IMG/VR virus record: IMGVR_UViG_3300043313_001192
Coordinates: 153,598-176,996 of that record
DNA: 23,399 nt
From: a virus
Lineage: Duplodnaviria > Heunggongvirae > Uroviricota > Caudoviricetes
Strand: one strand, 5' to 3'
The notes beneath the pieces were generated by a model. That model was not told the DNA's origin. It saw only the letters and a program-made list of their open reading frames with translations, and did no database searches. Shown here in pieces: positions 12,406 through 20,576 of this stretch (within the stretch, counting starts at the first letter, position 1; each line of letters begins with the position of its first letter). The position numbers and the translations under genes were made by a program.

Positions 12406-15400
12406 CACTCATCCTCATCTCCAGGAGGGATTGCACCAGGGGGCAGTGGCGGCGGCGGAGCCTCCGGGGACACTCCCGCCCACTCGAACGAGTCGTAGAA
12501 CTCATCGCGCTCCCGTACGGCCTCGGCGCTGTAGTCGATCTGCTCCGGGCGAGAGACGAGGTCAGGCTCGGTCTCGTCGACCACGTCGGCGGCAGCGGCG
12601 ATCGGGGCAGCAGGAGCAGGAGGCAGCGTGGGGCCAGGGTGCTCGGGGACGCCGGTGTACTCGACCAGCTCGTCGAAGGAGTGCGGCAGGTCCAGCTCGT
12701 TCTCCAGGTCCCACCAGACCGAGGGCGAGACGTAGTGGTCCCTGGCGGTGCCCCACCCGTCGTTGATGCGCTGGCCCGCCGCCTTCCAGACGCTGATCTT
12801 GAACTTGTCGAACTCCGCCTGGCTCATGCCCTTCTTCGGACGCACCGGGCGGGTGCCCTTGCTGCTCTTCTTCTTGTAGGCCACCAGCGTGCCCAGGAAC
12901 TGCCGCGCCGCGTTGGTGGCCACGTAGGTGCGCAGGTCGTGGTTGATCAGGTCGGGGATGCCCGTCGACTCACGCAGGTAGTTGATCGACTGGTCGGCGG
13001 TGACGTCGCCGAAGATGAACTCGTTGCGCCCCTTGCCCTTGCTCCACTTCTCCAACGCCGCCTGCAGCCGGGGCTCCTTGATCGTGTAGTCGTTGTCGAT
13101 CCCGGACTTGCCCATGAAGTCGAACCGCACCGAGTTCTGGTTGAACCGCAGGTGCTTGGGCATCAGCGACGTCCCGCCGATCACCTGCTCCAGCTTCTTG
13201 CGCTTCTGGCTCTTGGTGCGGTTCTTCCCCTTCGCGTTGTCCACCCGCATGCCGGTCTCGATCAGGGTGGCCACCAGCGCCGCGACCGGGTCGTCCATCG
13301 CCTCGTTCAGCGCCTTCTCGCGCAGATCCGCGTGCACCTTGTGCAGCGCCTTCTCGCGCTGGAACTTCTGGGCGTTGCCGGTCTTGCTGTGCTTGTAGTC
13401 GTAGATGTTCGTGGGTGTGTCGTTGCCCGGCATGATGACCTTCATCAGCAGGGTGCCGTCCTGAGAGGCCCAGTTGCGGTTGTACCAGACCCCGATGGCG
13501 TCCTTGGACGGGCCGGTGAAGTCGGGGTTCGCCTCCTTCATCGCCGCCATCACCGAGTCCCAGTTCTGGTCGCCCGGTCTGATCTCGGTCATGTCGAGCT
13601 GGCCGTGGGCCTCGCTCTTGTGCTTGCTGGCCCGCTCGATCTGAACCACGTTCGGCAGCGGCTGCTCCTGCTTGGGTGCTGGTGCTCCCAGCGCCGAGGA
13701 GATCTGGTTCTGGACAGGTACCCGCTTCTTGACGACGACCGGGCTCTTCATCATCTCGGGCAGCGTGTGGTTCTCGAAGTTGTCGAAGAACTCGAAGATC
13801 GCCTGCCCGGCTTCGGTCTTCCTGTCTCCCATTTCCCGCAGCGTGATCCCGTCAGCACGAGCCGGACCCCAGTGCCCGTGCAGCAGGGCGCTTCCACCCT
13901 TGGTGTAGACAGACTGCTTCCAGTTCTCCCCGTCGCGCCCCTCCTCGGGCTCCGCCAGCATCCGGCGCATCGCGGCGTACGCGGCGTACCCCTGTGCCCA
14001 CATCTCGGTGGTCCCGGCAGCGCCGTTGTGGGTAGTTGCCCCCTCGTCCTGGTTGCGGTAGTACCAGTTCAGCAAGGTCGCGTCCGGGGCATCACCGTAG
14101 GAGGCGATCTCCTGCAGCTTGGCGCGCAGCGCCAGGAACTCAGGGTCGCCGTCGCTGTAGAACCCGCGCCTGCCCTGGGAAACAGAGACCTCACCGATCA
14201 TCGAGTCCAGCGCGTGACCCAGCTCGTGGCTGACCACGTTGGTGACGCCGTCACCCCACTGGAAGGTCGAGTCGGCGACCACGACGTTGTTCTCGTGAGG
14301 GATGTAGTGCCCGGTGGTCTGCTCAGGTGTGCGGTCGTCAGCTCCATCGTGAGGAGGGTTGACCCAATCTGGCGACGTCACGATCGAGGCGTAGTTCGTG
14401 CTGGCCTCGGTGACGTTGCTGCGCGTGCGGTGGATCCCGCCGCCGTAGGCGGCGTACATCGAGTTCAGCGCAGCGGCGACGTTGGGGGTGATCTCCGAGA
14501 CGCCTTCGTTGAACGCCATGTCGGCCACGACCGTCTGGTCGGTGCCCTCACCAGTGCGATCGTCGACAGTCAGGTTGGACGAGAGCGTGTTCTCCCCATC
14601 CCAGGTGAGCAGAGTCTTCTTGCCGCCGGTCAGGTCGGAGACCAGCTCGGCGTCCCCGTTCTTGACCGCCTCGTCAAGATCCAGGTCAGTCAGGGTGCTG
14701 TTCAGGAACCCGAAGCGATCCTGGTCTGAAGCCGCGCGGATCGCGTCAGCGAGTGCGGGGGAGACGCCGCCGTGTGCACGCTGGTACTCCGCAGCCTGGT
14801 TGACGATGTGGGCGTAGACACCGTGCCCGGCGGCACTGCTGCTGTTCGCCAGCTGGAGGGCGATCTGGTCGACCAGTGCGATCGACTCTTTCTCAGCAGG
14901 CTTGCCGGTGTCCTGAACCAGACGGAAGTCCATCATCGACTTGTCGGCCTTCTGCCGCATCTCGACCGGTGGATAGGCGTCCATGCTGAGCAGGTCGCCC
15001 ATCTCGTGCTTGTCGAGCTGCTCACGCAGCACGTCTTCCAGAGGTGCTGGGTCGAGGCCCGCACTGCGGAGCTGGTCGAACATCGTCTTGGCTGCGGTGA
15101 TGTCGTCGGTCAGCCGCCGAGCGGACTCGGTGGCCGCCACCACCTCGAAGTCGTGCATCTTGCTGCGGACCTCCGGGTCGCGCAGTGACATCGCATGCTC
15201 CGCGGTCGAGGCGACCTCGGGCATCATGTCGATGAACTCGTCGGTGTTCTCGATCGTGTTGCCCGGACGCATCGCGCGTTCAAGGTTGCTGCCCTGGATC
15301 TTGGCTGATCCGGCACGCTCCATGGGTGTGGACAACCAGTCGCTGGCGTAGAGCTTGTCCACCTCGGCCTTGCCCTCGGAGGCGGCCGAGACGACCTGCT

Positions 15401-18400
15401 CACCGAGGATCTGGTTGATGTCACCGCTGGCCAGATCCGGGTCCACCTGGGCGTCGAAGTTGGCCCACAGATCGAGCACGTCCTGGACGGCCTCGTCGTT
15501 GTAGCGACCCAGCACCGTGCTGACGTGCTCGGGTGTGAGCTGGTCGAAGCCGCCACGCCTCATCGAGAACATCATCCGGGTCTCGTCGGCGAACTTCGTC
15601 TCGGCTTCCAGCAACCGGTTGTTGAGCAGCTGGTCAGCGATGCTGCCCTTCTCGACGTTCTTGGAGAGCTTCTCGTTGATCTGGTGCAGCGACTCGAAGT
15701 AGTCGGTGATGGCCTGACTGCGCTTGTCCTGGAACTCGGGGCTGACTACCAGGTCGCGGATGGCAGCGGGGTCGGAGGCACTGAGGCGAAAGGGCGCGTC
15801 GCCACCACCTGCCTCTCCAGGGGTCTCACCCTGTGACGGGCCTTGCCCGCCGTCCAGCTCGTCAGCCACTCGACGCAGTTCGTCGACGGCCGAGCTGGGA
15901 TCGCTGAGTCCGAAGTTGCCTTCGAGGTAGTCGGCCAGCCTGCGCAGATCCTCCGACAGCTCGGTGTAGGGACCCTCGCTGGTGATCCGGCCGCGGATCA
16001 GGCCGAGCTGGGCGTTGGCCTCGTCGGTCAGCTCGGTCCAGCCGACCGGGCCGTTGTCGCCCTCGGTCTCGTTCTCGGTCTCGATCGCGCTCTCCACGTC
16101 GGAGAGAGCGCTCTGGACCTCGGCTACTTGGGCGGCTTCTGGCCCGCTGCCTGCTGGCCCTTCGGGCGCTTGCTCTTCGGGAGGAACACCGGGTTCGGCT
16201 TCTCCACCTTCCGGGCTTGGGCTCTCCAGTCGCCTGGCCCCCGGAACTCCTTCTTCTGGTCCTGTGCCACCGGCTTGCTCCTCTGCCACGTGTGGGGGCC
16301 AGTATCCCAGCCCGTCCTTGAAGTTGTACGCGCCACCCTCGGATCCGGAGTACGCACCGACCGCCTCGACGTCGTCGAGGTTGTCGAAGACCAGCACCGG
16401 GTCGATCTCGTAGTTGCCGGTGTCGTCGTTGCGGAACACGCCGAGGTGGGCCTGCTCCGCCCACAGGGGGCTGTCCTCGTCGGCGCCGAACTGGGCCAGC
16501 GCCTGCTCCATGCCAGCGTCGAAGTCCTCCTGGCTGGACCCGATCGGGACATTGACGGTGTCAGTACCGGGCGGGCGGAAGGTGATCGCGTAGGCGTCCT
16601 CGTCGCCGGTGATCGCCTGCCCGGTGTGGGCGTCGATGGTGACGCCGCCCCACTCCTCCTGGACCGAGTCCCAGGCGGTGCTCTTGACCTCGTCCCAGGT
16701 CTGGCCCTGCAGCGCGTCGGGTGCTGCGGTGTTCTCCAGGATGCCGTCCAACCGGTCGCGGCCCTTGAGCGCCAGCGCGGTGTACTCCTCCGGGGAGACC
16801 TCGCGGGTACGCGGGGTCTCGGGGTTGGAGAACTGGCTCGGGGTGAGCGGCTCCACCTCGGGCATCCCGGCAGCGTCCAGTGCCTCACGCGCGGTGCCCG
16901 CTCCCTGCTGCGGAGCCTCCGCGACGGCAGGAGCCTGCTCGGGTGCTCCCTCGGGAGCCGTGGCCGGACCGGTGACACCACCCATGGCGTCGAGCCGGTC
17001 GGCGTGCTCGCGGGCTCGGGCGGAGGGAGCGTCGGTGGGTGTGTCGGCCCCGTCGTAGGCGTCCGCGGCGTCGCGGAACTTCTGCGCCGCGGCGGCGTTG
17101 TCGCCGTTCTTGATGTCGGCGCGGGCGCCGTCGACCAGGCTGCGGACCTCGTCGCTGCGGGACAGACCGCTCAGGAGGTTGCCGACGTCACTGGTCCGGC
17201 GGAGCGCAGTGTTCTGGCTGGAGTAGCCGCGCGCGCCCTCTTCCCCGGCGGCGCGTGCGAGTCGGTGCGCCATCTGGCTGGCGACACCCTTGTCCGAAGG
17301 CTTCTCGAACTGGTCTGCTCCCAGGCCATCGACGTGGTCCGCCAGCCGTGAGGCGTCCGCACCATTGATCTCCTCGCCGTTCTTGACCGCCTCGGTGATC
17401 CGGCTGATCTCCGGGTCGGCCCCTTCGACTCCCGCCACGTGGTCGAGCATCTTCTTCTGCTTCGACGTCGAGCGGGCAGCGACCCTGCCGGTCCCGGCAG
17501 TGCGGACTGCGCGCTCCTCGGAGCGGGGGTCCTCGACCGCCTCGGCGGGCATGTCCTTGTCACTGTCGAGCGCGACGTTCATCATCGCGCCGTCGGCGAC
17601 GTTCACGTACTGGTTGGTGCCTGCGGTCCTCGCCGCGTCGCTGGCGTCCTGCTCCTCGTCGAAGACACCGACCCGCGCCATCCGGTAGCGGCCGTCGTCC
17701 TCGTCGTGCCAGATCGAGACGCCGTCGAAGCTGCTGCCCTCGGTCTCGGCCAGGAAGTCGGTGATCTCCTCGGCAGTGGGCTCGGCGTCATACTCCGAGA
17801 CGGTGGCGTGGTCCACCACGTAGAAGCCCTCGTCCACCTGCTGGTCACCCTGCATCACCAGCGCCGAGCCGTCATCAGCCTGGACCGCATCGGAGACCGC
17901 GTCGTCGACCTTGTCGACCACCGGGTCCACACCTTCCGGCGTCACGTCCGGAGCGCCCTCGGGACGCTCCTGGCGGGAGACCGGCTGCGACGCGCCACCG
18001 AAGAGGTCAGTGCCCGCGTCGACCTTGGCCTGCAGCACCTGCAGCAACGGTGGCCTGTTCTGGCCACGCCCACCCTGGGGGTTGATGCCGGTGAGCATCG
18101 CGTGCAGCTTGCTGCCCTTCAGGTTCGCGTTGACGTTGGTGTTGACGACCCTGGACAGCTCGCCCACCGCGCTGAGCAGTGCCTGGGCGTCCTCGGCCTC
18201 TACTGCGGCGGTGACACCGTCCAGGTACTTGCGCAGCTGCCTGCGCTGGGTGGGGTCCTTGGCCGCAGCCATCGCCTCCTCGCCGAACCCCTGCAGGATC
18301 TTGTTCATCTGCTGTGCTTCGGACACCGCGGCAGGCGTCTCTTCAGGCGGCACCTCAGCCCCCTGCTCCGGGCCGGTCCCGGTCTCCTGAACGGCCTGCT

Positions 18401-20576
18401 CGACGGCCTGGGTGTCGTTGGAGGGGATCGGGTCCTCGGTGTTGTCGTTGACGATGGTCTGGCCGTCCTCCTCACGGACGGTGGCTCCCTCGGGCGTGAT
18501 CTTCTCGCTCGGATTGTCCGGGTTCTGCGGTGCCTCGCCGCCCATCTCCGGATCCGGTGTGGGTGCCTCGGGCGGCTCGGGTGCCGGGTCGCTGGGCTCG
18601 CGGAAGTACCCGGCCGAGGCCATGAACAGCTGGTCCCGCTTGTCCAGCAGGTCCTGGTCCTCGGCACTGAGTTCCTGCCCGGCGGCCCTGGTCTGGTCGC
18701 GCTTGTTGTAGAGCGCGTCGATGTCGAACAGCTGGTCCTGGAAGGCGGCGTCGGTGGACATCGCGGCCTGGATGGCGTTCGCGTCGCCGTCGTCGCGGAT
18801 CACCTGGGAGACCGAGGTGGCGCCCATCTCATCGGTGAGCAGGGCGGCCTGCTCGCGGGTCGGCACGTAGTTGTTGGTGTTGGACTCCGACTCACCGGGA
18901 TAGACCTCGCTGGTCGGGCCGTGGTGACGCCTCAGCTTGTTCGCGGTGACGCGGGAGGACTTGCCGTTGTACCAGTACACCTTGGTGGTGTTCGCGTTCG
19001 GCTCCATGTAGGAGATGTAGCCCTCTTCGCCGTTGGGTCCCTGCACGGCGTCGCCGATCCCCAGCCTCTGGCCGTTGGCGTCCTTCTTCTGGCGCAGGTG
19101 GATGGGGACGACGTCGAAGAGCCCGGCCCCGCCACCGGTCCGCGAGCGCCTCAGCGCTCCTGGGGTGGCGTACCGCTCGCGCACGGCGGTGATGTACTCC
19201 TCGGTGAACGACTTCACCAAGGACTTGCTGGCCTCGTCCTGCCCCTCCAGCGCGAGCCGCTGGAACAGTGTGCTCTGCTGGTCCTCGCTGGCCATCTCGA
19301 TCGACTTGGCGTCCACCGGATGGTCGTAGTAGGGGACCGGGACCTTGCTCTTGGTCCCGTCGGCGTTCTTGACGGTCTTGGTGTAACCCTTCTCCATCAG
19401 CGGGTCGAGGTCGCGGACGTAGATGTGCTTCTTCTGGGCGCTGTCGGTGTAGAGACGGACGATCGGACCGGTGAACGCGGCCCGTCCCCTCTTGGTCGCG
19501 TCGACGTCCACGATGTGGCCGACCCGGACCACGGTCTCCCCGGTCTTGTCGACGTGGTGTCGGTCACCGGGAGCGACCTGCTGGGCCTGCTTGGAGCCGA
19601 CCAGTCGATCCCGTGCAGCGCCGAGCTTCGCGTAGGCCGAGCGCCAGTACTCGGGCAGCCCTTCGGTCTGGGGCTCGGCGACGGTGTCGCGGACCTCGGC
19701 CTTGACCGGCTGCTCCAGCTGGCCCTCGACCAGCGAGCCGGAGGTGATGTCCCAGACCTTGGCGTCCTCGGCGTAGCTCTTGGCCAGCTCGTTCTGCGCC
19801 GCCTCCTCACGGACCTCGGGCTGGTTGCCCTGCATCCGCCCCTGACTGGTCTCGATGTCCTCGACGGTCTTGTCCCCGAGGGAGTGCCGGGCGGTGTAGC
19901 TGTTCTTGATGACGTCGTCGAGGTTCGCCAGCCGGGTGGCCTCCTCCTTGGGCAGGTTGGCCTTGGCCTCCTCGTAGTCCTCACCGTCGGCGAACCCCTT
20001 GCCGCGCTCGTCCCCGACTGCCTCGCCGACCTCGCGGAACAGGTCGATCGCCTTCTGCTTGTCGGCGACCGACTTCGGGTCGCGCGGGTTGGGCGGCAGC
20101 ATCGCCAGCCGCTGGGCCTCGGCCATCTTCTTGGCCTCTTTGCCCATGCCCATCTTCTTCAGGGAGTTGATGGCGGTGGTGACACCGACGTTCTCCTGGT
20201 TCTGCAAGATGCCGACGTGGCTGCCCTTGCCCGCGAGCTGAGCCTTGACGGTGCGGACCTGGACCTTGTCGTGGGGCACCTTGACGTAGCCGTTCGCGTC
20301 GACCCGTGGGTCAGCACCAGGGGTGGTGCCTTGGATCTTGACCAGCAGGTTGCCGTCCCGGTCGATGCCCGCGACCCGGCCCGACGCAGTCCCGCCACCG
20401 GGCAGGTCGAAGGTGACGAAGGAGAAGGTCCGGATGAACCGCCCGTTCTCGTCGCGGGGGTGCTTGAGCGGGTTCCACTTCCGGCCCATGGAGTCGATGA
20501 CGACGATGAACTCGTCGCGGTGCCCCAGGTTCATGAACTCGGTGTTGGCGTACCGAAAGATCTGCGGGGTGGTCAT
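12405..20576 (-). CDS. 2723-aa polyvalent protein: HPRD-GRF/SH3-like N-terminus, repeated alpha/beta domain, HEXXH zincin, C-terminal topoisomerase IB-like domain
   Basis: 8.2-kb uninterrupted ORF; ATGA overlap upstream and TGATG overlap downstream; recognisable catalytic motifs. Confidence 0.9.
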   Translation of the reverse strand: MTTPQIFRYANTEFMNLGHRDEFIVVIDSMGRKWNPLKHPRDENGRFIRTFSFVTFDLPGGGTASGRVAGIDRDGNLLVKIQGTTPGADPRVDANGYVKVPHDKVQVRTVKAQLAGKGSHVGILQNQENVGVTTAINSLKKMGMGKEAKKMAEAQRLAMLPPNPRDPKSVADKQKAIDLFREVGEAVGDERGKGFADGEDYEEAKANLPKEEATRLANLDDVIKNSYTARHSLGDKTVEDIETSQGRMQGNQPEVREEAAQNELAKSYAEDAKVWDITSGSLVEGQLEQPVKAEVRDTVAEPQTEGLPEYWRSAYAKLGAARDRLVGSKQAQQVAPGDRHHVDKTGETVVRVGHIVDVDATKRGRAAFTGPIVRLYTDSAQKKHIYVRDLDPLMEKGYTKTVKNADGTKSKVPVPYYDHPVDAKSIEMASEDQQSTLFQRLALEGQDEASKSLVKSFTEEYITAVRERYATPGALRRSRTGGGAGLFDVVPIHLRQKKDANGQRLGIGDAVQGPNGEEGYISYMEPNANTTKVYWYNGKSSRVTANKLRRHHGPTSEVYPGESESNTNNYVPTREQAALLTDEMGATSVSQVIRDDGDANAIQAAMSTDAAFQDQLFDIDALYNKRDQTRAAGQELSAEDQDLLDKRDQLFMASAGYFREPSDPAPEPPEAPTPDPEMGGEAPQNPDNPSEKITPEGATVREEDGQTIVNDNTEDPIPSNDTQAVEQAVQETGTGPEQGAEVPPEETPAAVSEAQQMNKILQGFGEEAMAAAKDPTQRRQLRKYLDGVTAAVEAEDAQALLSAVGELSRVVNTNVNANLKGSKLHAMLTGINPQGGRGQNRPPLLQVLQAKVDAGTDLFGGASQPVSRQERPEGAPDVTPEGVDPVVDKVDDAVSDAVQADDGSALVMQGDQQVDEGFYVVDHATVSEYDAEPTAEEITDFLAETEGSSFDGVSIWHDEDDGRYRMARVGVFDEEQDASDAARTAGTNQYVNVADGAMMNVALDSDKDMPAEAVEDPRSEERAVRTAGTGRVAARSTSKQKKMLDHVAGVEGADPEISRITEAVKNGEEINGADASRLADHVDGLGADQFEKPSDKGVASQMAHRLARAAGEEGARGYSSQNTALRRTSDVGNLLSGLSRSDEVRSLVDGARADIKNGDNAAAAQKFRDAADAYDGADTPTDAPSARAREHADRLDAMGGVTGPATAPEGAPEQAPAVAEAPQQGAGTAREALDAAGMPEVEPLTPSQFSNPETPRTREVSPEEYTALALKGRDRLDGILENTAAPDALQGQTWDEVKSTAWDSVQEEWGGVTIDAHTGQAITGDEDAYAITFRPPGTDTVNVPIGSSQEDFDAGMEQALAQFGADEDSPLWAEQAHLGVFRNDDTGNYEIDPVLVFDNLDDVEAVGAYSGSEGGAYNFKDGLGYWPPHVAEEQAGGTGPEEGVPGARRLESPSPEGGEAEPGVPPEEQAPEGPAGSGPEAAQVAEVQSALSDVESAIETENETEGDNGPVGWTELTDEANAQLGLIRGRITSEGPYTELSEDLRRLADYLEGNFGLSDPSSAVDELRRVADELDGGQGPSQGETPGEAGGGDAPFRLSASDPAAIRDLVVSPEFQDKRSQAITDYFESLHQINEKLSKNVEKGSIADQLLNNRLLEAETKFADETRMMFSMRRGGFDQLTPEHVSTVLGRYNDEAVQDVLDLWANFDAQVDPDLASGDINQILGEQVVSAASEGKAEVDKLYASDWLSTPMERAGSAKIQGSNLERAMRPGNTIENTDEFIDMMPEVASTAEHAMSLRDPEVRSKMHDFEVVAATESARRLTDDITAAKTMFDQLRSAGLDPAPLEDVLREQLDKHEMGDLLSMDAYPPVEMRQKADKSMMDFRLVQDTGKPAEKESIALVDQIALQLANSSSAAGHGVYAHIVNQAAEYQRAHGGVSPALADAIRAASDQDRFGFLNSTLTDLDLDEAVKNGDAELVSDLTGGKKTLLTWDGENTLSSNLTVDDRTGEGTDQTVVADMAFNEGVSEITPNVAAALNSMYAAYGGGIHRTRSNVTEASTNYASIVTSPDWVNPPHDGADDRTPEQTTGHYIPHENNVVVADSTFQWGDGVTNVVSHELGHALDSMIGEVSVSQGRRGFYSDGDPEFLALRAKLQEIASYGDAPDATLLNWYYRNQDEGATTHNGAAGTTEMWAQGYAAYAAMRRMLAEPEEGRDGENWKQSVYTKGGSALLHGHWGPARADGITLREMGDRKTEAGQAIFEFFDNFENHTLPEMMKSPVVVKKRVPVQNQISSALGAPAPKQEQPLPNVVQIERASKHKSEAHGQLDMTEIRPGDQNWDSVMAAMKEANPDFTGPSKDAIGVWYNRNWASQDGTLLMKVIMPGNDTPTNIYDYKHSKTGNAQKFQREKALHKVHADLREKALNEAMDDPVAALVATLIETGMRVDNAKGKNRTKSQKRKKLEQVIGGTSLMPKHLRFNQNSVRFDFMGKSGIDNDYTIKEPRLQAALEKWSKGKGRNEFIFGDVTADQSINYLRESTGIPDLINHDLRTYVATNAARQFLGTLVAYKKKSSKGTRPVRPKKGMSQAEFDKFKISVWKAAGQRINDGWGTARDHYVSPSVWWDLENELDLPHSFDELVEYTGVPEHPGPTLPPAPAAPIAAAADVVDETEPDLVSRPEQIDYSAEAVRERDEFYDSFEWAGVSPEAPPPPLPPGAIPPGDEDE
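12690..13560 (-). other. Type IB DNA topoisomerase-like domain (approximate bounds)
   Basis: VW...Y...H....KFQR leader; TGMRVDN (R2444, 13245-13247); FDFMGKSG (K2490, 13107-13109); HDLRTYVAT (R2549, 12930-12932); ARDHYVSP (Y2615, 12732-12734). Confidence 0.82.
13900..14450 (-). other. Zincin metallopeptidase domain, lethal-factor/Pro-Pro-endopeptidase-like (approximate bounds)
   Basis: G.Y......VVV...HELGHALD (aa 2117-2121, 14214-14228), SDGDPEF, and TEMWAQGYAAY (Glu2191, 14004-14006). Confidence 0.78.

Noticed and set aside
12690-13560. Integrase call for the HDLR/Tyr domain
   Set aside because: Leader, GMRV.N and F.GKSG motifs fit TopIB better; no LGH motif, no att site, and the gene sits in the head module.
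12405-20576. AAG-type cleavage punctuation in the 2723-aa protein
   Set aside because: Only scattered partial matches (IAAAA near the C-terminus, MASAG, VTAAV) with no clear boundary pattern, so polyprotein processing is not claimed on this evidence.
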